From contig OZ024758.1 in NCBI GenBank assembly GCA_964016885.1, forward strand, positions 7,750,001-7,814,000: 64,000 bases of DNA, given 5' to 3'. Both the position numbers and the translations under genes were made by a program. Under the pieces are notes generated by a model. That model saw nothing but the letters and a program-made list of their open reading frames with translations, made no database searches and was not told where the DNA came from. Of the stretch, positions 29,921-42,074 are shown piece after piece. The stretch comes from Eledone cirrhosa. Taxonomy: Eukaryota. The first letter of the stretch is position 1, and each line of letters starts with the position of its first letter.

Positions 29921-31223
29921 CGTTTAACGTCTATTTTCTACGCTAACATGGGTTAGACGGATTGTTTAACGTCTATTTTCTACGCTAACATGGGTTAGAC
30001 GGATTGTTTAACGTCTATTTTCTACGCTAACATGGGTTAGACGGATTGTTTTACGTCTATTTTCTACGCTAACATGGGTTAGACGGATTGTTTAACGTCT
30101 ATTTTCTACGCTAACATGGGTTAGACGGATTGTTTAACGTCTATTTTCTACGCTAACATGGGTTAGACGGATTGTTTAACGTCTATTTTCTACGCTAACA
30201 TGGGTTAGACGGATTGTTTAACGTCTATTTTCTACGCTAACATGGGTTAGACGGATTGTTTAACGTCTATTTTCTACGCTAACATGGGTTAGACGGATTG
30301 TTTAACGTCTATTTTCTACGCTAGCATGGGTTAGACGGATTGTTTTACGTCTATTTTCTACGCTAACATGGGTTAGACGGATTGTTTTACGTCTATTTTC
30401 TACGCTAGCATGGGTTAGACGGATTGTTTAACGTCTATTTTCTACGCTAACATGGGTTAGACGGATTGTTTAACGTCTATTTTCTACGCTAACATGGGTT
30501 AGACGGATTGTTTAACGTCTATTTTCTACGCTAGCATGGGTTAGACGGATTGTTTAACGTCTATTTTCTACGCTAGCATGGGTTAGACGGATTGTTTAAC
30601 GTCTATTTTCTACGCTAGCATGGGTTAAACGGATTGTTTAACGTCTATTTTCTACGCTAGCATGGGTTAGACGGATTGTTTAACGTCTATTTTCTACGCT
30701 AGCATGGGTTAGACGGATTGTTTAACGTCTATTTTCTACGCTAGCATGGGTTAGACGGATTGTTTAACGTCTATTTTCTACGCTAGCATGGGTTAGACGG
30801 ATTGTTTAACGTCTATTTTCTACGCTAGCATGGGTTAAACGGATTGTTTAACGTCTATTTTCTACGCTAGCATGGGTTAAACGGATTGTTTAACGTCTAT
30901 TTTCTACGCTAGCATGGGTTAGACGGATTGTTTAACGTCTATTTTCTACGCTAGCATGGGTTAAACGGATTGTTTAACGTCTATTTTCTACGCTAGCATG
31001 GGTTAGACGGATTGTTTAGCGTCTATTTCTACGCTAACATGGGTTAGACGGATTGTTTAACGTCTATTTTCTACGCTAACATGGGTTAGACGGATTGTTT
31101 AACGTCTATTTTCTACGCTAGCATGGGTTAAACGGATTGTTTAACGTCTATTTTCTACGCTAGCATGGGTTAGACGGATTGTTTAACGTCTATTTTCTAC
31201 GCTAGTATGGGTTAGACGGATTG
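29921..31223. repeat. 42-bp tandem array (~31 copies) derived from a retroposon 3' end
   Basis: Unit gtttaacgtctattttctacgctaRcatgggttagacggatt; matches the dispersed tails at 19561, 21010 and 43803. Confidence 0.92.
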
Positions 31224-31398
31224 TCCCGTTTGGAGAGCAAGTCGGGTCGGGTGACCGTGTCTTAAACTTAAGCTGTGCATGCTTCTAATAAATACAATTT
31301 TTGCATATACACACCAGTACAACTGGGACCACGAAGTGGACGGCATATTATGGTATGAGTAGAGGTGACACTCTTCAGATGAAAGGGTTAATAATGCT

Positions 31399-31475
<77 letters not shown>

Positions 31476-31806
31476 TCATATGAATGAAATAATATTTTCC
31501 TAGTTAGACAGTCTAATCTTGTTCATTAAAGGTTCTACTGCTGTCTTTCACTGGTTAACAATATCTCCGTAAACATATAATAAACAAGATTCCAATTTCA
31601 ATTTTCACAGACGAAATGTTAAAATTATTGAGACTGTTTTCGTAGACTTCCTAATAACAATAACATACCATAGTAGTTATTTCTGGTCACCAATATCTTT
31701 TAAAGTAGAACCGTGTGTGAGTACCGACTGAATCGTGGTAAGACTTGTGGATCTTTGCAATTTGGTTAGGAATAGTAGCTATGTTTATAACACGCACGTA
31801 CATGTA

Positions 31807-31889
<83 letters not shown>

Positions 31890-32946
31890 AAAATGATAAA
31901 GATTTGAAAAAAGTAGCTGCGTATAGTACACAAGAAAGAATGTATATATGTACACATACACATATATATATATACACATTGCTTTAAAAATACTTTCTTA
32001 ATTTGAATGGATGCGAATAATTGAAACATCAAATTTACACCATGGAATTATTTAATTTTTATTAAGTATAATCTAATGAAATAAAGAAATAGAGTGAAAA
32101 TGGTATAGGAAGAATATGTTATACTTTTCCATAATACCACAACCGACCACATTGATTACAGGTGTGATCATACAAATATAGGACTAACAGAGACTAGCTA
32201 GTAATAAAATGGAGATAAACCGAGTAGTAAGCATAAACAATGAAAGACAGGTTCTAAAAAAAATATATCTGATAAGCAACGGTTATGAAAGATTGTAGAA
32301 TAGAAAATATTTTATACCCATAAGAATTAGCCAGACCAGGTGATATTTATTCTAAGAGATAGTGTGCAATATCTCACAAAATATTTACCCTAAACTTTAT
32401 AATTGTAAAAATGCAATATATATATATACGAAAAAAAGAAAAAGTTGAAGAAAATTAGTTTTACGTATGGGGAGATTATTTTGCTTAGAGAGAGGTTTAT
32501 TTGCGGTTATTGCATAATTTAATTTCATCGATGATTATATATAAATAATGAATACATCAATGGAATGTAATGTTCGACTGGAAAAGGTCAGAAAACAACA
32601 TTATAGTGAAATTTTATGAAAAGAAATCTATTGAGAGAAGAAAAAAAAAAGAAAAAAAAAAAAAATCGCCAAGATTTGGTTGGCTCTGAAATAGCCTTGA
32701 CATTCTGGGAGAAATCAATAAACTAAACAAATATAAATAAAGAGAACTGACTAGATCAGCAACTATTCAGCTAGGTTGTAGTGCTGCTTCAGAAAGACGC
32801 ATTTCAGAAGAAAGATTAACGAAAATAAAAATGATTGGGGAAAAAAAAATGTATGTAGAAATTGCGAACACGCAACAAGAAAACGAATAGAATCACCGCA
32901 TAACAATGACTAGGACTGGTGAATTTCTGGGTTAAGGTAACAATTG

Positions 32947-32995
<49 letters not shown>

Positions 32996-33984
32996 ATAAT
33001 AATAAATGTGAAGACTAAAATCCGAAGAGGGCTCGATAAGGATAATATATATATATATAAATATTTATAAAAACCGTAGAGCAAATATTTATTAAAGTTT
33101 AGGCAAAGAATCGTTGCTTTCACCCTTATATATATATAATATATATAACAGGCATAAACAAGAGAGAGAGAGAGCTTGAAAATGACTGGAAAAGCTGTTG
33201 TGTTTATATGATTTAATATATTAGAGGAAAGTATAGCGAACGATGTATTGTTGACCATCAAAAATAAACAGCAGGTGCGAGGCAGAAATGAAGGTGGCAA
33301 GCAAAGATAGGGTTAGGGGTAGAGAAGACGAGGAAAAACAAACACAATATGACCTAAATTTGTATGACCGATTAAAGTTTTAAGAAAATGGGAACAATAA
33401 TATAATTGAAATAGATAATATCGTCATGAGATGCCAGGAATTGGTAGGAAAAAAAAAGATCGAGAATAAAAATTCTGAAGATAAATAAAATGTTCCTAGT
33501 TTTACTAAAGGATTTAAGGTTATATCGTTTTAACCTGTTCTCCTAATTTATAATATTAATTATAAACACCTGTCTATACTTGGATACGATTGTGCACAGT
33601 TTTAATATAGCGAATTCTTTCAAATATACAGCAAGAATTGATTTATTAAATAAAAATGAAAACAATTCATATAATCGATATTTAACATAATGCAAAGTAT
33701 CGTCTCGGATGATAGTTGAGAATAGCCGTAATTTAATCGAATTTTAATACGTACTTTCATGAAAATAATACATCTTCAATAACATTCAATAACATTATCA
33801 AACACAACAAACACTCCGTATTGTTATGGAACAACAACAGTCCATTATGGACTATTCTGTTAGGTGTGTGTGTATATATATATATGTGCGTATATATATG
33901 TGCGTGTGTATATATATGTGTGTGTGCATATATATATGTGTGTATGTGTATGTGTGTATATATATATGTGTATGTATGTATGTG

Positions 33985-34025
<41 letters not shown>

Positions 34026-34283
34026 ATTATCAAATAAAGCAACGGAGTAAAGGACTCGCGTTAATCCCTGTAATAAAAAACACGTTCTTTTCGTGTATTC
34101 TCTCCTCTCTCTCTCTCTAGATATATATATGATCTTATATTATATATATGATCTTATATTATATATATATATATATATATATAATATAAGATCATATATA
34201 TACTCCTGTCCTATAAACTGTGGAGTGCTACTTATCCGATATTTGCATTGCTTTATTGTGCTACAATAAAACTCACCTCCTAC

Positions 34284-34333
<50 letters not shown>

Positions 34334-34374
34334 TTTAAGTTTATCCCGAGTTCAATCGGGCGTAACCACAGTAA

Positions 34375-34537
34375 ATAAGGTACTCAATACATAGCAGAGT
34401 ATAAATATTTAATATAGAAATGGCTTCTACAGGACTAGAACTGTTTCATTCGGGAGAAATCACCTGATCGGCCGAATTCCTGATGGTTTCTCCCGAATGG
34501 AATAGTTCTAGTCCTGTAGAAGCCATTTCTATATTAA

Positions 34538-34540
<3 letters not shown>
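34375..34540. mobile_element. Family-A fold-back element
   Basis: ~130-bp inverted repeat aatatagaaatggcttctacaggactagaac...gttctagtcctgtagaagccatttctatatt; cctgatgg..gaatggaa is a mutated core. Confidence 0.65.
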
Positions 34541-34585
<45 letters not shown>

Positions 34586-35106
34586 GTGTGGATGTGTATA
34601 TATGTTTGTGTGTGTCAATGTATGTATATGCATATATATAGATATAGATATATATATATATAATAGGCAAACACTTTCCATTAGAACTACATAAACAATA
34701 AACTTGAATCTAATTACGATGTTAAAGTGAAATCATTTCTGTTTAAGACAAAAGGAAAACTAGATATTAAACAAGACCCAGTTTGAAATTTATATTAGAC
34801 AAACAAGGAACAATAACGATCTATAAACGACTTGAACGTTTAAGACAAAGACGAAGAAGTTAAAATTCAAAGTACACGTGTTAGATTATTAAAATGCTTT
34901 CTATAAAGAGACAACCTAATATTAGTAAAACAATTATTGAAATTCATTACATGACATTCCGAGAAGTATATAACACGGTAGTCTCAAAACACACACACAT
35001 ATATATAGATATATAGATATATATATAGATATATATATAGATAGATAGATAGATATATAGATATATATAGATAGATATATAGATATATATAGATATATAT
35101 ATATAG

Positions 35107-35145
<39 letters not shown>

Positions 35146-35469
35146 TAGATAGAGAGAGAGAGAATTAAATATGTTATATTGTAGGTAATATGTTTGTCTT
35201 TCTATGATTAAACACACATCTCTGTGTATCTGTGTACTTCTCTCTTTATGTTGATTTATAAAGAGCTCGGAATCTATTCCTTGAGCTAATTAAATTATAG
35301 GGGATTAATGTGAGTTTTTAACTCCAATTTGATATATATATATATATATAGGAAAAAGTATGACCCCGACGGCAGAGCTCAAGCCGTTTCGACGGCTATT
35401 TCTGGACTACTCTAAGTATTGAGTACTCTGGTGCGTTATGGTCCATCTGGTTCCTTACCACATTTCCTT

Positions 35470-35519
<50 letters not shown>

Positions 35520-35922
35520 CGTGTGATTTTAACGAAAGCGAGTCCTCAAGTTAAATAATTGTTTCTATTTTAGGCACAAGGCCAGCAATTACCCAGTCCA
35601 TTACTGAAGTTAAATAATACTTATGATCAAGTGTTCACCTATGAGTATACAGGTGAAACTAATGATAATGACTATATATATATATATATATATAAGAATC
35701 GTTTTCCGGAGCGCAACGGAAGGGCATCACAGTTAAATACAGTACTCAATACATATTTATTTCATATAGAAATGACTTCTAAGGGCCTATATAACTATAG
35801 GCCCTTGAATTACTGTTATAGTTTCTTGGGTCCCTTTAAAGGAGACCAATCTGTTGCAAGCAATGGAGCGACGTCTACCTAAAAGGGGTCATTCGCAATA
35901 AACAGTCTTCCTTCCTTTAGTA

Positions 35923-36106
35923 CAGGCATGTCAAACATGCGGCCCTTTACAAGCTCACTTGCGGCCCGCACAAAGGTTTTTTCAGCTCGAGCATGTTTTA
36001 TCTTCGTAATATGAAATAAAAAAAATATGAGTTGCAAAGTGCGCAATTAGTTGCTCTCAGACAACAGATATGTGTCTCTCGGGGGAACCCCAGTTTGACA
36101 TGCCTG
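35923..36106. mobile_element. hAT-type MITE
   Basis: Perfect 14-bp TIR caggcatgtcaaac/gtttgacatgcctg; 8-bp TSD ctttagta at 35915-22 and 36107-14. Confidence 0.9.
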
Positions 36107-36362
36107 CTTTAGTAAACAGCAAATAAAATCACACACACACACACACATATATATATTTTTCAATCACATATATTTTTATTGTTTGACCCGAGTTACTTGG
36201 TCGTTTATTTTGGTTGTGCGGATGATTTGTTTAACCACCATCTCAGTGTGTTTGGCCCTTAATGTATGTTGTACCTCTGATTCATAGGAATCATCGAGCG
36301 CTTACCACACATCTCGGAAGTTGATTTTCGTTAATTCCTGAGCTGAAGTACGATTCTCGCTA

Positions 36363-36411
<49 letters not shown>

Positions 36412-37104
36412 CGAGAAATAAAATTCTAATTTTATTTTATATATTTATATATAGTTTATTCGTGTGTAACTTATTATTATTGGTTCACCAGTTTGAACAC
36501 TCGATGCCTCAGTGGGTCCGGTGGTATTGTACATTTGGTATTTCACCGTAGCCGGTATCCTTATGAAGCAGTGTGCTGTTAATGATAACACTGGTTTCTA
36601 CTTTAAGCACAAGGTCAGCAATTTTGGAGGAGGGGAAAGTTTATTAAATCGACCGCAGGGCATGACTGGTACTTTATTTGATCGATCCCGTAAGGATGAA
36701 AGGCAAAGCTAACCTCGGCGGGATTTGAACTCACAATGTAAAGGACCATAACTAAATACTATCAAGCATCTTGTTAGGCGTACCTTGAGCTGATCGAACG
36801 CGAAACGCGCGTCACACGTGAATAAACACAATGATGCTATGTTGATACCCCGTTCCTACTCATTTTATTATTATTATGATATGTGTCTGTTGGGGGTTAC
36901 AGATCACATCTATGTAGAAGTCCCAGTTCTATTACGAAAAGGTTAACCGCCTCACTGGGAGCAAGTCCATTGCAGGGGTGACACCACCAAGCTGCTGCAA
37001 ATAGTCAGTTTTTGTTTCAGCTTTGTTTTCAGACCGGGGTTACATGAAATATTGCGTCATGCTCAAAGACGCAGTATACTGTCCGTCTCTCTCTCTCTCA
37101 TATA

Positions 37105-37365
37105 TATAATTACATAATAAACAGCACAATATAATTATTCCATTACAAAAGGTTTCGGAAAACTAAACGACCCTTACAGAAACACCCAGCTCGGTCATCA
37201 GATAACTATTTCATTTGATGAACGAGCTGGATGTTTCTGTAAGGATCGTCTAGTTTCCCGAAACCTTTGGTAATGGAATAATTATATTGTGTTGTTTATT
37301 ATATAATTAAATAGCTCTGTACTATATATTGAGCACTCTTCTTTCCTTTACCTTTTCTACGGAAA
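37105..37365. mobile_element. Fold-back family-B hammerhead element (minus copy 37136-37203; plus copy 37207-37280 with a UUGAUGA core variant)
   Basis: Imperfect inverted repeat centred near 37208, homologous to 40055-40209. Confidence 0.7.
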
Positions 37366-37844
37366 TACTTAACATATATAAATATATACACACACACACA
37401 CACACGGCTGAATGTCCTTTGATTCTGGCCACATTAAGAGCTTTCCATTATACCATTAACCTGTATTGTGTTGTCTACCTATTAAAGTTCAATATATATA
37501 TCATCATCATCATCGTTTAACGTCCATCTTCCACGCTAGCATGGGTTTGGACGGTAATTTTCCCACTTGAGGCAAGATTGGTTGTCTTGCTCGTATACGA
37601 CTGTCTGGCAGGTTTTCTACGGCTGGATGCCCTTCCTAACACCAACCAGGTTTACAGTGTGGACTGGGAGGTTTTTACAGTGTTACCTACACGGCCACAT
37701 TACAGCGTGGACTGTGTGTGTGTTTTTTTTTTGTCGTGACACCTACACGACCTCATTTCTTTAGGGCTGGATGTTGTGGTACCACCATATATATATATAT
37801 ATGTATATATTATTCAAAATGAAAAATATTCTCATAATCAAAAT

Positions 37845-37916
37845 ATATACTTTATTATATATATTTCAAAAGTACTGTGTTGTTTTTTCAGTACGTCCTC
37901 ATCAGACAAAATATAT
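37845..37916 (-). ncRNA. Type I hammerhead ribozyme (family C)
   Basis: Minus strand: atatattttgt-CUGAUGA-ggacgtactg..cagtactttt-GAAA-tatata-UA/ataaagtatat; 11-bp stem I (2 wobbles), stem II gtactg/cagtac, palindromic minimal stem III. Confidence 0.75.
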
Positions 37917-38674
37917 GATTTGATATATGACATACCGCTACGGTCTTGATTATTCAATTCCAGTATTGGTAATTAGTTGTCGTGTGTGGCCTTCAGACAA
38001 CAGATACTGCCAATACTGGAATTGAATAATCAAGACCGTAGCGGTGTCATATATATAATAAAGTATATATTTTGATTATGAGAATATTTTTCATTTGTTA
38101 ACATTTTGAATAATATTAAAAACTCCAGGAAAACTTTACAGTTGAGTGCTTCTAATCTATTGTAAAATTGTATTCGTTGAGTAATCAACGAACCATACTA
38201 ATCTTTGGTATATATGTATATGACATAAAATAGCAGCATAAACTCGGCAATAAATTTTTTTTAAACCGTAGAGCGACAAAAGAGAAAAAGGAATGGCGAT
38301 TACGAAGGACATAAAGAAATATAGCCATTATCGGCTCTTTATCAGATATTCTTATAGTTTCGATAGGTTGAGACGGGAATGGTGTATTTGGTGCCAATAG
38401 TGTTTAACACTAGTTTTAAACAGTGCCAGGAAATTGTGTAAACGGAGGTGTGAACAAGTCAAAACAAAGAACATTTCTGAAGAAAGCAGACGTCGAAAAG
38501 GTGACACAAATGTAAATAAATAAACATATAAATACATAAGAGTTATTATACTGAACAGAAATAGGCAGACATCACAATACAGGTTAATGGAAAAGAAGGA
38601 AAGCTCTTAGCGTAGAGTTGAGCTTTTCTCTGAACGTTAAATTGGAGAGAGAGACTCAAAGGACATCCAACAGG

Positions 38675-38709
<35 letters not shown>

Positions 38710-38874
38710 AGAGGTGAGTTTTATTGTAGTACAATAAAACAATGCAGATATCGGATAATAAGCACTCTACAATTTGTAGGACTGGAGTATACATAATATA
38801 TAAGAACAAAAGATAGTATGTTGATTTAAAACTGAACTATCCACAAGTGATTTTTAACCTTCATATCATGTCTT

Positions 38875-38951
38875 CATGTTTTATCTGATGAAAACACAAA
38901 TATTATTGCATGATGATATTTGTTTTTGAAATGCGCATAATAAAATACATG
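38875..38951 (+). ncRNA. Type I hammerhead ribozyme (palindromic tgcgca stem III)
   Basis: catgttttat-CUGAUGA(38885-91)-aaacacaaatattatt..atgatatttgttttt-GAAA(38928-31)-tgcgca-UA/ataaaatacatg; all three stems can form. Confidence 0.75.
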
Positions 38952-39097
38952 GAACTCTTTTAACCATCTTTTGTTCTTATATATTATATATATATATATG
39001 TATATATATATACACACACACACACACACAGTGAATTTCCAACCGATAAGGTAAGATTTTCATGGGTACGTCTCTATATATATTTATAAAACAAACT

Positions 39098-39166
39098 TTT
39101 ATTTTATCTGATGAAAGCGCACCAATGTTGTCTTGGTTGCCCTTGAAATATATATAATAAAATAAA
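39098..39166 (+). ncRNA. Type I hammerhead ribozyme (family D)
   Basis: tttattttat-CUGAUGA(39108-14)-aagcgcaccaa..ttggttgccctt-GAAA(39145-48)-tatata-UA/ataaaataaa; perfect 10-bp stem I. Confidence 0.8.
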
Positions 39167-39298
39167 TATGGTTTTATAAATATAGTTTCCATTTATTCAA
39201 TATCATTGAATATTTACTCCAGTAAACCGTTGAGTGCTCTAAATCAGTTATAAACATTTATGTTTGTCGGACTTCCAACAAATTAAATACAACTTCTA

Positions 39299-39344
<46 letters not shown>

Positions 39345-39524
39345 ACAAAGAAAGTGTGGTAAGATGTCAGGTGGACCATAGTGCACCAGAGTACTCGATA
39401 CTTAGAGTAGTAGAGTGGGTAATAGGAAAAGCGTCAGGACCCCGACGGCTAAGCTCCGGCCGTTTCGACAACTAGCTGTCGAAACGGCCGTAGCTTACCG
39501 TTAGGGTCATGACTCTTTTCCTAT
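39345..39524. mobile_element. Family-E fold-back element (3' half of a hammerhead)
   Basis: Hairpin 39422-39524 around ccgtttcgac..gtcgaaacgg; related copies at 35350-35470, 40240-40372 and 44194-44245. Confidence 0.6.
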
Positions 39525-40135
39525 ATATATGTGTGTGTGCATTGAACAACAAAAATAAAACAGAAGGCGAAGATAGCTTCTTAATTAGTTCATTGTTTTA
39601 CGCTCGTTTCAGAGGGTTGATTGATCATGGTAAATCGATATATTGACTAACAAATAGTGATTATGCCACCATCTATTTTTAGTCTCAATATCCTAGATCC
39701 ATCTCACTTTCTTCAGAAACATTTTGAAGGCTCAAACAGTGTGGAGATTGAAAATAAAGAGAATGTTTTTGCTTTTTACAAAGACTACTCTAACATAGTA
39801 ACAAATATAGTGGAATAAAATCCAAGGTGTAACCCCCTTGTGACAGAAAAAACATACGACATTGGCATGGTTCAATTCAAGCAGAAACTGTTCCCTTTTC
39901 TCCAACTAAAGGGGGTTATATACTAAATAAAAATTTTTTAAAAATCTATATTAAAGTTAATATGCGTTGTAGTAGCCTTTTTAAAAAGCAAAACCTCTCT
40001 CTCTCTATATATACATATATATAAGTGTAGTGTGTGTGTGTTATGTGTTTTTTCCGTAGAAAAGGTAAAGGAAAGAAGAGTGCTCTATATATAGTACAGA
40101 GCTATTTAATTATATAATAAACAACACAGTATAAT

Positions 40136-40209
40136 TATTCCATTACCAAAGGTTTCAGGAGTCTAGACGATCTTTACAGAAACGTCCAGCTCGTTCATCA
40201 GATGAAATA
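40136..40209 (-). ncRNA. Type I hammerhead ribozyme (family B)
   Basis: Minus strand: tatttcat-CUGAUGA-acgagctggacg..cgtctagactcct-GAAA-cctttgg-UA/atggaata; 8-bp stem I, GUA cleavage triplet. Confidence 0.75.
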
Positions 40210-40449
40210 TGCAAATCAAATATATATATATATATATACAGAAATAGCCGGCGAAACGGCTTGAGCTCTGCCGTCGGGGTCATACTTTTTCCTATTTCCC
40301 ACTCTACTACCCTAAGTATTGAGTAGTTTGGTGCGTTATGGTCCATCTGGTTCCTTACCACATTTCCTTTGTTATATATATATATATATTTATTTCGTTT
40401 CTGAATTTGTTTAGCAAGATTCTTTATCTGAAATCGTGTGTTGAAACCG

Positions 40450-40540
40450 ATATTGTTATACTTTGGGAGGGTCATGTTGCCAATAAGAAAGTGCGTGTGT
40501 TTCTTATTGGCAACATGACCCTCCCAAAGTATAACAATAT
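40450..40540. repeat. Hairpin with ~40-bp arms; single-arm homologue at 44030-44082
   Basis: tattgttatactttgggagggtcatgttgccaataagaaa / tttcttattggcaacatgaccctcccaaagtataacaata. Confidence 0.8.
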
Positions 40541-40904
40541 ATATATTTAAAAAACGAAAAACTAATATGTATTAAAATGATAGCATTTAAGATATACAGT
40601 ATATAGCTAAACATGACCTTGATACTAAGAGACAGGTGTTCACCCTGCCTGTACAAGAACAAATATTTCAATGCAGATATTTTAATTTGTAACACCTTAA
40701 ACAAAAGATGTCTCCTAGCTCTACCCAACAACAAAATAAAGAAGACAAAAAGAATACTAACAAGAAACAAGGGAAACAGAATACTCGGTTTCAGCTGTCC
40801 AATATGGGATATTATTTTGCACGCACATTTGCTGCGTATATGTACAAGTTCTTCACGCACCCTCGGATACATCTGCATGTATATACGTATGTATATGTGC
40901 GTGT

Positions 40905-40968
<64 letters not shown>

Positions 40969-41047
40969 AAAGTTATATTTAAAATTGTTGGGTTACAACT
41001 AGTAAATATTTATAACTGATATAAAAGCACTCGACAAATATTTGGAG

Positions 41048-41432
41048 TATATATACAATATTAAATAAATGGAAACTATATTTATAAAACCATATTTATT
41101 TCATTATATATATTTCAGGGATATCATATTAACAATATGCTATGCCTTCCTCAGACAAAATACAATATAAACAGTTTTATAGATAAATAGATTCGACATA
41201 CCGTAACAACATCGACTTGCATTTGAAGAAGTTGATTTGGCAAATCAACCTCTTCAAATGCAAGTCGATGTTGTTACGGTATGTCGAATCTATTTATCTA
41301 TAAAACTGTTTATATTGTATTTTGTCTGAGGAAGGCATAGCATATTGTTAATATGATATCCCTGAAATATATATAATGAAATAAATATGGTTTTATAAAT
41401 ATAGTTTCCATTTATTTAATATTGTATATATA
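41048..41432. mobile_element. ~385-bp near-perfect palindrome with a hammerhead on each strand (+ 41316-41385; - 41095-41164)
   Basis: Centre at 41240, one mismatch seen (41230/41250). tgtattttgt-CUGAGGA-aggcatagcatatt..aatatgatatccct-GAAA-tatata-UA/atgaaata. Confidence 0.8.
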
Positions 41433-41669
41433 TATATATATACACGAAGTTGGCATTAACATCCCAGTCATACTGCATTGTCTAAAAAGTTAAATCAAGT
41501 GATACAGTAGGAATTCTTTCATGTTTGCTTTATGGGATTTGAAAACACCCAAAAGTCTCAGTCTTGGAATTGCAATGATAATATCAGATGAATGATGTTT
41601 TTTTACTCACCATATTTACAAAGTGAGGCTGTATTTACATATATATATATATATTTATTTATTTTATTA

Positions 41670-41892
41670 AAGAAATGACTTCTACAGGACTAGAACTGTT
41701 TCCTTCGTAAAAAAAAAAAAGCCACCAGGAAAGACTTTCCTGTCGGTTTCTTACAAATGAAACAGTTCTAGTCCTGTAGAAGTCATTTCTGTAATATAAT
41801 TATGATGCCTATATTCTACTAACGTATTGAGTACCTCTTTTTTTTAAAATCTATGATCACCTCCCAATATACATTGATAATCCACCTATTGT
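41670..41892. mobile_element. Family-A fold-back element plus 3' tail
   Basis: Hairpin 41670-41790; gactttc-CTG..GAAA-cag-ttctagtc-ctg-UA/gaagtc gives stems I and III; ttgagtacc at 41827. Half copies at 24812-24925 and 46905-47030. Confidence 0.65.
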
Positions 41893-41893
41893 A

Positions 41894-42074
41894 TACAGGT
41901 AAAATTCCATTATAACGAATACCATTAAAACGAATTTTTCAGTATAACATTTTTTTTTTTAATCCCCGAAGTAATAATAAACAAATGCTCGATTTGTTTC
42001 GGTCGAAAGAATTTTTCGTTACAACGAATTTTTTTAATACTGCGTGAAATTCGTTATAACGTAATTTCACTATA
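41894..42074. mobile_element. pogo/Tigger-like MITE
   Basis: tacaggtaaaattccattataacgaat ... attcgttataacgtaatttcacta imperfect TIRs with internal taacgaa repeats. Confidence 0.55.

Noticed and set aside
27652-31223. CRISPR-like regular repeats
   Set aside because: Units are contiguous with no unique spacers, there are no cas genes, and the context is eukaryotic.
29921-31223. Telomere-like gggttag in each 42-bp unit
   Set aside because: One heptamer per unit inherited from the retroposon tail; not a (TTAGGG)n tract.
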